A DNA stretch of 64,000 nt, from assembly GCF_018977255.1 (NCBI RefSeq), contig NW_024704743.1:47060001-47124000 (forward strand), read 5' to 3'. A model generated the notes under the pieces. The model made no database searches and was not told the origin of the DNA. It saw only the letters and a program-made list of their open reading frames with translations. Position numbers and translations under genes: made by a program. The DNA is from Callorhinchus milii (taxonomy: Eukaryota). Numbering within the stretch: the first letter of the stretch is position 1; every line of letters starts with the position of its first letter. Below, one piece after another: positions 12,831 through 25,226 of the stretch.

Positions 12831-13794
12831 ATCTGGTTTCCATTGACATCACTTCCTGCACGCTGCCCATGCGAGCTGTGTGCAGGAAGCACTGCTGACA
12901 TAGGTTCATTTGTAAAGTAACATCAGCAACGTTTCTTGTCCATGTGCAGGAAGTTACAGTACAACAGCTGCAATGTGACAATCCCTGGGCAGTCAGGCAG
13001 GATCTTTTAGCACTGGAAGCCCGCTGGTCGTACCAGGGTGTAAGGTATAGCGCAGGCCCACATTATACCTGCTCTATAAGTGGACCTGTGCTAAATGGGA
13101 CACCTTATACCAGAGTCCCTCTGTACAATAATACCTTCTAAGGGTTACTCCTGTTTTGGTTGGGAGTGATTGAATAGCCATGAGAACACAAAATTTAAAT
13201 AGCTTCATAATAGGTTTCACAGTATTTTAACATAACTAGTACTATACTGCATCTTTATTCTGAACGGTATTTTGAGGGCTTTTATTCTGTCCTCTGCTGA
13301 AGAGGGGGTGACAGAGGTTCTGAGGTTAACCTCAGTGAATACTGTACTGTCCAGCTCTGGGTAATGAGATATCTTAAAACAAAATATTAAAGCACTAGTT
13401 TACTTACAAATCTGTAACATCTGGGCGGTGAGATCAAAGTGATAATAAAAAGAGGTAAATGGGTGAGTCTGTTTCCACAACAGAAATAGCTTTATGCTTC
13501 TCTTTCACCACGTGTTCGGCTACGTTCACATGTGTCTATTGCCACAACAAATTGGATAATGTAAATGCAATTAAATGCATGTTACACAACAAGAAGGCTG
13601 AGATATAACATCAAGAAGCCTCAAGAAGGAATGAGATTAAAATTATGATTCCAATACACAAAAAGCCCCTACTCCTCACCCTACTTCCCCTCATATGCAC
13701 TGCACTGTGAGGCTTTGTTTGTAAGAGAGAAGAACCAAAAAGAAACAGCAGCCTTTTGATAATGATAATATTTGGTGCAAGTGATGCTCCAATG

Positions 13795-14468
13795 CAAGGT
13801 TTCAACCAGGGGTACACATACACCTGGGGGTACTTTTAAGGGTTGCAGGGATATGAGGATGATTCAGAAACGCAAAAATAAAAATGAAAGTAAAAGAAAA
13901 TAATTGATAATTTTATTGATTTTTTAACAATATTATATGATTTCTAAACCACTGTTCATAAATATTTAATTTTTGCTTAGCAGCTCAAAGTTTACAGTAT
14001 GACTATAGTTTCAAAATTATCATCCATCTATATGCATCCAAACACTTGCAATTAAAAAAATAATAATGATTTGGTCACTCAATCCACGACTGTTTGTGGG
14101 ACACTGCTGTGTGCAATTGGACATTGTTGGCTGCCACATTTCACCCACAAAATATACAGCTGACAGTTCACTTTACAGTATATTCTGTGCAGCGCTTTGA
14201 GACGTCTCAACCATGTGTTAAGGCGCTATATCAAATGCAAGGATTATTATTATTATGAAAAGTTTTAAGAGTTACTGTTTGGTATTCTACTCCAACCCAG
14301 CAGTTTTGTGGGTCCCATACTGTTGCGACATATACTATATATTATAGATTATTCTGCCTTTTATTACATCAGTGGTACCATTCAGTAGAGCGACAACTGT
14401 ATAGGGGTACTTGAGCAGAAATCTTCAGCAGAAGGGGCACAGTTTATAAAAAAAGGTGAAAACCATTG
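13795..14468. mobile_element. Non-autonomous hAT (Charlie-like) DNA transposon with a SINE fragment inserted at ~14060-14256
   Basis: TIRs caaggtttcaacc / ggtgaaaaccattg, subterminal ggggtac motifs, 8-bp flanks ctccaatg / ctgtaatg (6/8) as a TSD. Confidence 0.7.
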
Positions 14469-14952
14469 CTGTAATGTGTTTCAATGCAATTTGCATCACC
14501 ATACCGCGTGTTTGTGGAAACATTTTGAACATATGTTACCAGACATCCGTGTTTAATGAAGATGGCAGCACTGGAATTTTATATTGGTGTAAAATCAAGC
14601 TGAGGGTCACAGTGACACAACAATTGGCTATTGAACTGTGGCTGATAGTCAACAATGAACACACCACACAGTGCTGGCCTCATGCCAAGCAACACTTAAG
14701 TCACATCATGCAACTTTATTTATGTTTATTCCACTACAGCTTTTAAACAAAATCTGATCAGTGGTACATAGAAATTTACAGCACAGAAGAAGGCCATTTG
14801 ACCATTGAGTGTAAGTGAATAAACTAAAATGGTAGCTGGCTCTGGCTTGTTTTAAAATCTCAATAAAAAAAATCTAAATTTCAAAACCTTCCAAGTAATA
14901 AAAATGCAGAGATAGGGGAAGTCTTGTTAACTTTAACAGCAGTATTTCCTGC

Positions 14953-14965
14953 CAATCAATCAATC

Positions 14966-14999
<34 letters not shown>
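14953..14999. repeat. (TCAA)n microsatellite
   Basis: About 11 units with one interruption. Confidence 0.95.
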
Positions 15000-15959
15000 T
15001 GGCGGGAATTAGCCTAACACACAACAGTTTGCGCTAGGATTAGTAAATAAAATTGCAACAATATCCAGTTGTGTTACAGGTTAGGACTGTCTGTTCAAAT
15101 ATGCTGATGTACAGAGGCTGGCATTTAGCCAAAGTACAAGATATTTGTCTGCTACATATACTCCAGGGCAGCAAGGGATTAATGCTTAATCACTTACATA
15201 AGAATAGCTTCTGTCAGAAGTGTTAGTGTTTCTCACATAGTAATTAATTATATGACATGTCGATGTGAACACCATGCTTTAAGATCACTAATCTACAGCA
15301 ACAATTCATAAAGCATTAACGTTTAATGTATATAAGCAGCATTGGACTCCCAAAATCACTTTGCTCACACCAGCAGAATCCAGGCCCGGTCTCTTGATTT
15401 CTTAGAATTCCATACAGTACTATCACTGAGGCCGTGAGTTGTTTTCAAGGTAAAATAATCAGATGCGACAGATCAAAAGGCATTCAGAGTACGTGATCTC
15501 TGCCTGATGTATGTGTAGAAAAAGATATCCATAGGGTAAACTGGGTTTTCCACAGGGAAACCCCTGTACATCATTCCGACTCGCGAGACCTCAACCTCGG
15601 GATCTCTGATTAAGTTTGAGATGTGCACACACAGGTTTCCCATCAGAATACGGTTTACGTTTGTGGGAATGTTTTCTGCCAGTTGCGCAGCGGAATCTGT
15701 TTGAACGCTTTCTCAACCGTAGTAATTTCAAATCACGCTCAATTTTAGAGAGAGCTTTGTTTTATTTGAACAGATACATCTCTACAAATAAAACATTGCA
15801 GGGAGGGAAATTCTGCTGCTCTCTTTTTTTGATTCTTTTTACAACATTTTGGATCAAAAAACACAGAGATTTCGATCAAGATTGCTAAACTGAGGAAGTA
15901 ATTCACTCAACAGACACTATCCACTTTTGAAGTGACGTTCCCACGTGATGTGAGGCACT

Positions 15960-16420
15960 TATAATAATAATCCTTGCATTTGATATAGCGTCTTTCTTGT
16001 GGTTTCAAGAAAAACTAGTCAGATGTGGTCTCAAGCATTTCACAGGATATAAAGTAAAATGTAATCACTATGTATTTTGTAAGGGAATACAGCAGCTAAT
16101 TTGCACACAGCAATGTTCCCATGAAGAGAATGAAGGAGAGTTGACCAGGACACCAGGAGAAATTCCCTTCCCTTTTCATATAGAAACTAAGAAATCAACA
16201 GAGCAGAAGGAGGCCATTCAGCCCATCAAGTTGACACTAGCTCACAGAACAAGCCATGGAAGACATCTTTAACACCCGCCTGAGCAGCAGGGTCTCTATT
16301 TAACATCTCATCCGAAGGATGGCACCTTCAACAATGCATTGGAGTGTCAGCTTAGACTGTATACATTCTGACGTGGGGCTTGAACCTACAACCTTCTAAC
16401 TTAAACGTGAGAGTGCTACT
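15960..16420 (-). mobile_element. Deu-domain SINE (older family), nearly full length, interrupted
   Basis: Tail ataataatccttgcatttgatatagcg, Deu core tttaacatctcatccgaaggatggcacc, head ggggcttgaacctacaaccttctaact...gagagtgcta. Confidence 0.75.
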
Positions 16421-16844
16421 ATAATGTTTGCCTACTGATAGTTATCACAAGGAATACATTATACATTGCTGGAAATTTCTCCTCAATAATTACTCACATA
16501 TTTATACTCACATCGTTGAAGATCAGAAATAATATTTCAGTTTCTGGAACCTAACCTCATGAGTTTTCCTATTATTTGGTTTCCGTCAAGCTTCAATGAA
16601 ATCACATAATTTACCCCGAATAGTGTATTTAGAGATTTTGTATATCCAGAAACGGATTGCAGCAATTGGCAAACATAATATGAATGGCAAGAATGACATC
16701 AAGTAGGACAGAGTAAATAAAGCTGGCTACTCCAAAAATACATTGTTGTATTGCAACAAGTGTAGAGGTCTGTGAGAACTAACTGTCCTCACTTTATCTT
16801 AAATTACTTACTCTGTGTTGTCAATTTTGAGATACATTTCTACC

Positions 16845-17500
16845 TGGCTCAATTAGTAGTACTCTTGCCTCTGAGTTAGAAGATTGTGGATTTAAGTCCG
16901 ATGTCGAAACTTTGAACTCAGTGTCAGCTGACACTCTAGGGGAGTTCTCATTATTGGAGGTGCTGTCCTTCAGATGAGACACTACACAAAGGTACCGACT
17001 GCCTGTTCAGGTGCGTGTTAAAGTTTCTATAATAATAATAATCTTTGCATTTGATATAGTGCTTTTCACGTCTTCTAGACGTCTCAAAGCGCTTCTGTGA
17101 AAGCGCTTCACATAATATGCTGCAAAGTGAATTGACTGTATATATTTGTGGGTGAAATGCAGCAGCCAATTGTGCACAGCAGTGTCCCACAAACAGTCGT
17201 GGATTGAAAATTACCAATTTATTATTGTTTTTGTTTTTTGGAGGGATTATTATTAGGCATGTGGAGTAAGGAAACTTGCCCAAGGTTTTCTATGACGCTA
17301 TTCATAAAGAGAAGGCAATGCCGGCCAATAATCCCCCAGATAATTTATCATTTACTTTATGGCTGCTTGCAGAACATTGCTGCGTGCAAATTGACTGCCA
17401 CGTTCACCTACAAATACACAATCACTACACTTTACAGTACATCCTGTGAAGAGGTGCTGACGTGAAATGTGTTATTTCAAATACAAAGATTATTATTATT
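16845..17500 (+). mobile_element. Deu-domain SINE (SacSINE1-like) hosting a younger antisense SINE at 17031-17286
   Basis: Head ggctcaattagtagtactcttgcctctgagttagaagattgtgg and Deu core. The host resumes after the insert; tttctat is duplicated at both junctions. Confidence 0.8.
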
Positions 17501-18726
17501 GAGATTTCCCTTGACACAATGGCAATTATAATCTTTACAATCGTATAACTGGACAAAAATGTTATAGATTAAAGAATATCACCGAATGGATCTCAGTGGT
17601 CCAACAGTACAGTATTGCTACCATCTGTGAGCTCCTCCCTTCAAAACCCACAGTAAGACCATGCTTTTACCATCTTCTTCCCCCAGATCCTCTGTGAACA
17701 AGCCTTCACATACAGTACAACCCAAGAACATTGCTTGACCTACTTACATTTTTATTTATTCTAAGGAAAAAGAGAGTTTATTGTAGAAACACATGGATGT
17801 TGTGTAAATAAGGGTTTAATAAATAACTAATTCATCTATTTGCTCCACCCTTCATTTAAGACACATTCTGTGCTTGACTCTGGGGCTGTATTTCTGAATT
17901 AATAGGATTAAAAATGTAATCCTATTAAGAAGTTTCCATATGCTTTGTACAGTTTCTGTTAATATTCAATGCACCATTTTATTTACCAACCATCAGCCTT
18001 GTATAGCACACCTAGAACTAAAGTTTATCATGCAAGGTTCTTATGGGAGGAGGGGGAGAGAGACAGACTTACATCTTAAACTTTGCCATTGAATGTGTAA
18101 GGACTATTTGTCTACAAATACAGACACTACACAAAATCTTGTGATGCTCTTTGAGACCTTTTCAGGTCGTGTATCAAATGCAAGGATTTTGTTTTAACAA
18201 TCTACTTCTGGAGTCTTTGTTGATAACTTCATAGATGCAGCATTGTTAGCAGATATGCCAAATCGAACATTCTGCACTCAACAAACCGCTTCTCAGTTTG
18301 ACACACAACAACGTGCTAACTCTGGGAACTTATAATGAATCTTTCTTTATCAACGTTTACAATAATTTTCAGACAGATGCAATTTGCACAAATCGCTCTT
18401 CAAAGTAACATTTGTTCACAGATCAAGGAAAATGCAGTAGTTTATATGAATTGGATTAATAGTGCATTCCATATTTCACACTGTTAGAGGCACTATTAAA
18501 TAATTCTAAATAAAATTTGCACTACATTTAGCATTGATAAGCAGTCTCTAATGGAGGAAACAGAGAAATCTAATATTCTCAGTTTCTTTAAACTCATGAT
18601 GACCTGGTCACGAGCACTTTTTTAACTACAATAAACCAACCGTGAATACATACAGCATTTGACATTTCACTCAATTTAGCTCATCCATATGTGCTAATAT
18701 TTCACCCATGACAGCCGCTGCCTTAC

Positions 18727-18825
18727 CTCTGTGAATCTGCCATAGAGAAGTGTTTCATGGTAGCAGATCATCGCTTGCAGCCCATTACAATAATCTGAAG
18801 CAGTGAGAGAGCTTTTTCTCCTCAT
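18727..18825 (-). CDS. Candidate alternative first coding exon of CHN2 (33 aa MRRKSSLTASDYCNGLQAMICYHETLLYGRFTE)
   Basis: ATG-initiated 99-nt open frame ending exactly at a consensus donor GAG|gtaagg in phase 0, compatible with the exon-7 acceptor. Not recognisably repeat-derived. Confidence 0.45.
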
Positions 18826-18859
18826 ACTGCAGTGATGTGAGAGGTACTGCTGCCGAGTT

Positions 18860-19435
18860 AAACCTCACTCTAAATGCCGCCCAAACTCTTATCCATGCCT
18901 TCCTCACCCCCCGAATGGATTTTTCTGTTGCTCTCCTCACTGGTCTCCCTAGTTTCACCTTCCATGAGCTACAATGGTCCAAAACTTCGCTGTCCGCATC
19001 CTCATCTGCTCTAACCTTCACATGCCAATCACCTCAGTCCTCGCCAGGTTCCACTGTCTCCCTGTCTCTCAACAGAGGACCCTCACCTGTAAATCCCCTT
19101 AATCCCTATTACCTCCTTCTCACTCCATTCTCTTTCTGTCCCACTCGCGCCCTCTATTTGGCTAACTCAGGCTCGCTGCACATCCCCCTTCTTGCCCCAA
19201 GGTCAGAGGTCGAGCTTTCCAATTATTTGCTGAACCTCCGAAACTCCTTTCCTTGGATCCTCTGTATCGTCCCATGTCTATCTGTCCAAGTATCTCCTTA
19301 AAACTTACCACATCATTCATGCCTACGTCACCTCCACCTTCCCCCTGCTTGGATTCCGTCCCAGCCATTGTAAAGTGCCCCAAGATGTTATTCTACGTGA
19401 AGATTCGATGTATAGTAAATGCAAGTTGTTGTTTT
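18860..19435 (+). mobile_element. Diverged L2 LINE 3' fragment
   Basis: AAQTLIHAFLTPRMDF peptide; tail tagtaaatgcaagttgttgtt. Confidence 0.8.
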
Positions 19436-19549
19436 ATGCTGAAGCGGTATTCACAAATTTGACTCTGAATTTGCAAGTGCCACTCCAAATTTGCAAATCC
19501 AGTAATAAACAGTAGGAGATGGAAGATTAAATGGTTCATAACAAATTAA

Positions 19550-19895
19550 TTTATTTATTTTGGAAGGGATTATTACCCCCGGAACAGCAAACCGCCAATA
19601 GCCTAACAACTGGGTCCCTACTCCCTGCTGGGTGAACAAAGGCACGTGGAGTAATAAACTTGCCCAATGTTTCGCTCTGCATGGAATCGTACGTACGCTG
19701 CACATACACAACCTAGGCATCAGGTTCAACCCCCAATTATCCTTCCTCCCCCACATCCGGTCCCCCACCAGCACCGTTTTCTTCCACCTCCAATGCATCG
19801 CCCATCTCCACCAATACCTCACTCCAAAAGCCGCTGAAACCCTAGTCCATGCCTTTGTCACCTCCTGCCTGGACTATTCAAATGCCCTCCTATTT
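19550..19895. mobile_element. SINE middle fragment (-) abutting an L2 fragment (+)
   Basis: gggattattaccccc...gtggagtaataaacttgcccaa, then FNPQLSFLPHI...AAETLVHAFVTSCLDYSN. Confidence 0.75.
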
Positions 19896-20189
19896 CCACC
19901 TATTTCCACTGCTTTATTTTTAGGCTAAATGTCTCCCCACCTTTTGATGAGTAATACACCAGGCACCTTTGAGTCATAACCTCTGCATTCTTAACCTAAC
20001 AAATAGATCCAAAAGTCAACCCTTGCCATGACAGTTCTGCTCATTTCCCATAGTTTTATCAATAAGTGAATCGGAAATTCTGCGCCACTCTTGGATCCAA
20101 TATCTCAGAGGCCACTTAACAAGGGTTCATTAAAAAATGGCTGATTTCTGTTTCATCGCTATGTCAACCCTTCAGTGTTGTGCACTGTG

Positions 20190-20945
20190 TGCCCTTGAAC
20201 CCAGAGCCACTGCTGTCCTGACAGAATGTCTGTCAGACATCAAGTCCTGGATGAGAGCTAACTTTCTACAGTTGAACGTCAACAAGACCGAGGCTCTCCT
20301 GATTGGCTCCCGTGAGTGCCTCCTCACCTCAGTAGCTGACAGCATCACCATCCATGGTTGTACACTCCACCTTACTAAACCAGTTCAGAAACTTGGCGTC
20401 TTGTTTGACCCTCAACTATCCTTTCTACCCCACATCTGCGCCATGACCCGCTCTGCCTTTCCCCACATCAGCAACATTGCCCGGCTCCGTCAGAACCTCA
20501 CTACACAGGCCGCTGAGTCCCTCATACATACGTTCATTACATCTAGGCTCGACTACGCCAACTCCCTGCTTGTTGCCCTTCCCAACTCTTCCCTCCACAA
20601 GCTGCTGATCATCCAGAAATCTGCAGCTCGTGTCCTCTCCCTCACCAAACTCTGTGACCCTATTATCCTCATCCTCGCCCGACTCCACTGGCTCTCCATC
20701 CCCCAGAGGATAGAATTCAAAATCCTCGTCCTCTCCTTCAAGGCCCTCCAAGGCCTTGCCCCTTCCTACCTCTGTAACCTGCTAACCACATTAACCTGTC
20801 TGCTCCCTCTGCTCAGCAGGCTCCAGCCTGCCTCCTCGTCCCCTGCCCAGCCAACCCCACGACCGGTGGTCGGGCCTTCAGCCTCTCTGACCCCACCCTT
20901 TGGAGCTCCATCTCACAGTCCTTTCATCTCGCTCCCTCCATTACC
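20190..20945 (+). mobile_element. L2 LINE ORF2 fragment (post-RT region), well preserved
   Basis: CLSDIKSWMRANFLQLNVNKTE...LIHTFITSRLDYANSLL...LHWLSIPQRIEFKIL; accounts for the 339-aa ORF. Confidence 0.93.
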
Positions 20946-23051
20946 TAATAGACCTAATCATCCTATATCAAATGCACAGTCACTACGCTTGACAGTAATT
21001 CCATCTAAAGCATTTGATGTTATAGGTGCTACAGGTATTATAGGTGCTAGATCAAATCCAAGCATTAATATTATGACTATTGCCAAGTCAAATAGGTTCG
21101 CTCCCACAAGCAGGAGCTTCCCCCTCGCACTAACAGGAGGTGCCGGGCATGAGTAAGAACATCAGTGGTTTGAATCATATGGGAAGTCATGTGTTGGTCC
21201 AGGAGAGCGCTGAGGAGTACCAGAACTGAATGGCACTGCCATGGCATTACTGTATGTATTGATTCAAAAGAGATCTGTTTTGAGGTGGACCAGCAGAGCG
21301 TAGTAACAAATTAAGAGTTGCAGACATCAGTCAATTAGAAATGAGCTCAGTGCCCTTAGCTGGTTTGATCTATTTCAACAGGAGTAATTTATTACGATGA
21401 AATACCTCAAAGGGTTTCACTAATAATTACCATCAAAATATACTGACTATATTTGTTAGCAAATGAGGCATCCTTTTTGCACTGGCAAAGTCGCACAAGT
21501 GTGAAGGGTGCTACATAAATGCAATTTGTTGTTGTTTTACATTTCATTTAAATGATTCAGAATCTTAAAATTCACTTGTTCACCTCAAATAAAGCACTTT
21601 GAGACATTTTGTGATAAGGCGCTATATCGAATGCAAAGATTATTATTATTATTATAAACAGTATTACATCTAGGATGTATTTACACCAGTCACATTTTAT
21701 TGAGTGTTTTACAGCATATTGATTATTGTATTTAGTAATTGAATTTGTCACTCTTTAGACTTTATTGGGACTAGACCACACTGTATAATCAGTGAGCATG
21801 TAATTTAACACAGATCACAGAATAACACTTTAAGTATTTTATGCTGAAATAATTCCCTTTAGTGAAAATTGGCTTCCTTCCGATCACCACCTTTATCCAT
21901 TGCACAGATTTCAACTTCAGCAAACTGCAACGTGCAAGTCTTTTTTCCTCTCCAATCTGCAAAACTGAGTCAGTAGGATAGGTGATACCTCCTGCTGGTT
22001 TCTCCTTGCTAGTCTTGTCATTGTCACTTCCAACTTCTCAACAGTGAAATGTAACTCTCTCTGGTGAAGCTTCCACACTCCCTATTCTGAACTACTACAT
22101 TCACTGAGCACCTCTAAATATTAAAATCTACTCTTATGTGCTTTTTTTTGTTGCAAAAAATCTTTCTAAAAAAAACTTAAAACAAATGAATAATTTCACA
22201 ATGTCGGGATAATTGAACTTTAAGATTCTACATGCAATATATTAAATCCAAGTATTTATTGCATTTCAACATCCCTCTTTGGAGGTCCAGTCTGCCATCT
22301 GGAAGTTAAAAGATCCCCTGACACTATTTCAAAGAAAAGTGGGGCATTTTTTCCCAGTTAACCTGCCTAATATCCCTTGCACATTCAAATTAACACCCCT
22401 TCCCAAATTCAGATAAATTTTAGATCAATTCAACTCACTTTTGTTCATTCATTTCAAATTCTTGTAATCTGCTGATGTGCTTCAAGGCTATTTTTTTTAG
22501 AACCATGAAAGGTACTGTGTACATATAGAAGTTGCTGGTTATTGAGAATCACAGATTATTACAATAGAACCGCCCCAAGCAAGAGTGTTGGTCAATTGAA
22601 TCCTGAAATGAGTCACAAGCCAGATTTTTGTTCAATGTATATTCTCAATAGATTTACTACAACTGATTGTAAAACTATTAGGATGTGAGCAGCTGAAAGA
22701 TAGCCTTCAGCGTGGTTTGAGACACAGTAGAGGAATGATGGCCCAGTGTAGTGAATCAGTGTGATGAAGAGCATTGTTCCTGGCTGCAGCACAGCCTCAC
22801 TTGACCCTGGCTCTCCCTCAGGCTTCCCTGTGATCTCTGCCCTGTGTGCTCCATAAACAGGAGGAGGCCTGAGACCCATAAAATCAGTTCTACACAACAT
22901 GCAGCTGCTCAAGATGGTATATTCTGCTGGCAGATGGTAGCTCTCATTCAAAACAAAAGTTTTAAACTCAGTCTGTTCTGAACTATCTCCCTTTTTTGCA
23001 CAACCTCCCAAAGCACCACCTAAAATTCTTTGGTTTATTTTAGGAAGACTT

Positions 23052-24110
23052 ATTTTAACAGATATAAGCAAACAACAATGTCTTATTGCTCCTTTAACCT
23101 AATGGGAACTTGACATGAACGTTTAACTGTTCATTTATTAAAGTGCAGAGACCACTGGGAAAGTAAAGCCTGAGCTGCAATTTTCCTAAACGTTATTAAG
23201 TTTCTCTTCCAACACACCGCTTATATTAATAATTTGGTCACGCAAATCCAAGATTGTTCATGGGACACTGCTATGTGCAATTGGTTGCCGCATTTCGCCC
23301 ACAAAATACATTCAATTCACTTTACAGTATACTCTGTGAAGTATTTTTAGACATCTCGAAGACATGATAAGGCGCTATATCAAATGCAAGGATTATTATT
23401 GGTACATATGAGGAGTGGCCAGGGCCTCATTAATCTTTCTGCGTCTGGCACTGGAAAAATAAAACCTGAGCTATAAATTTCCTAAACACTATTAAGTTTC
23501 TCTTCAACCCCGCCTCCAACCTAAATATATAAATATTTGACATTTCCTGTAGTTATGCATCTTACACCAATTTTAACTGGATTGTTGTATGTGAAGGATA
23601 TACATTTATTTGATTTGTGGTTAAACCTCAGTCATACAAGTTATTGACTTGGCGTGTCCCTCAACCATTTGAAAGCACGTAGCAATGAACAATGGTGCCT
23701 GTGAGAAGCCGGGTGTTTTTTGGAAAGTCCCAAGCCTTATAGAAGAAACTGGCCACTCCTCCAATTCTCTCTTTTCTCCTGAAGTTTCTCATTCTATCTG
23801 GGCTTTGGATGTCAGTCATCTTCAGTACCTCTCTTTTGTGGCCATTCGCAGTGGTGGATTAACAATGGCGCCAGGCCTACACTCCCATTCACATAGTAAG
23901 GATCCTTAGTAAGGACCGTTGGTGGTGAGGAGGATAGAGGGAAGAGAAACTTAATAGCATTTAGGAAAATTACAGCTCAGTCTTTACTTTCCCAGTGGTC
24001 TCTGCACTTTAATAAACAAATGGATAAACTTTCATGTCAAGCTCCCATTAGCGTAGAAAAGCAATAAGACATTGGTGTTCACTGTAGAATAATCTTATGC
24101 CTGTTAAAAT
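23052..24110. repeat. Long inverted repeat (arms 23052-23210 and 23940-24110) with an internal direct copy; probable old DNA-transposon derivative
   Basis: attaaagtgcagagaccactgggaaagtaaag is the reverse complement of ctttactttcccagtggtctctgcactttaat. A third copy of the inner module lies at 23449-23505. Confidence 0.85.
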
Positions 24111-24882
24111 TGACAAAACTGATATTAATGGGATCAAAAAAGATCTGAATCAGGAGTCCAGAGGTGTTTCACTATTCAGTGAAGCCAGAGATTATGCATT
24201 CACGTTATTGTTGTGAAGGCATAAAGTTTTAAAAAGTATTCTATTACTTCGCAAACGTAATTACTGCCTATTTGCCTGTAGAGGATGAACACATGAGGAA
24301 TGCGTGCAGTATTTTAATTATAGCATGAGAACATTTTATTACCCCCTGGCCACCCTCCAAACCTTTGTTCCCTTTAAATGGCTGAACTTTTGTAACAGAA
24401 TATGCAGCAGGTTATTTGTAACAAGTGGTGTTGTTCTATAAGGTGAGGTACACATAGCATTGCACAAAGGGCTTTGGTTTTGTCGTAAAGTGGAACTTAT
24501 TAAAATTCGCATAATAGTATTTTTCATTATCCCTTTCTCTGTATAATAGGAAAACAAAGTGTGGAATGAGGAAAAAACCTGCAATAGTATTTGTTTAAGA
24601 AGCAAAGCATTCAGGAAAAACTAGTTTATCTGTGGTTGAAGTTGCTATGACACGAGTAACAGAGATTAACAAGAATTGAACAAAGAAAATCTGATGGAGC
24701 CCGACAAAAATTTACATTGTCGTGCCAGCCAATGTCTTAAAATCTTTTTCTACTGTACAATGAGTATATTTTGCGACCCATTTAATTTCATGCTCTGATG
24801 TTTGTTTGCAGAATTAAATGGATGGGCCGTTAATTTTTAGTTAAAATTTTAATTCACCACTAATAAAGCCATTCCGTGGGAG

Positions 24883-25226
24883 AATAATAATACGTGCATT
24901 TGATATAGGACCTTATCACGTCATTGAGACATCTCAAGGTGCTTCACAGAATATATTGTAAAGTGGATTGACTGTATTTTGTGGATGAAATGCGGCAGTC
25001 AATTGTGCACAGCAGTGTCCCACAAACAGTTGTGGATTGAGTGACCCTATTTTTTGAGGGATTATTACCACCAATCGACTAACAACCAGGTTCTCAATTA
25101 CCGCTGGGTAAACGGAGGCGTGTGCAGTAAGGAAATTTGCCTAAGGTTTCACCCCGCCCAGGAATCGAACTCGGGCCCTCTCGCTTACGAGTTGAGTGCT
25201 CTAACCACAATCCTACAGGACCCCAC
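24883..25226 (-). mobile_element. Young tRNA-derived SINE, long variant, full length
   Basis: Tail, body and tRNA-like head all present in reverse complement. Confidence 0.9.

Noticed and set aside
13408..13420. 13-nt microexon cag|ATGTTACAGATTT|gtaagt on the minus strand
   Set aside because: Good-looking splice sites, but it would frameshift between exons 6 and 7 and has no other support.
20137..21156. 339-aa ORF as a host gene
   Set aside because: It is an L2 LINE ORF2 fragment read on into flanking sequence.
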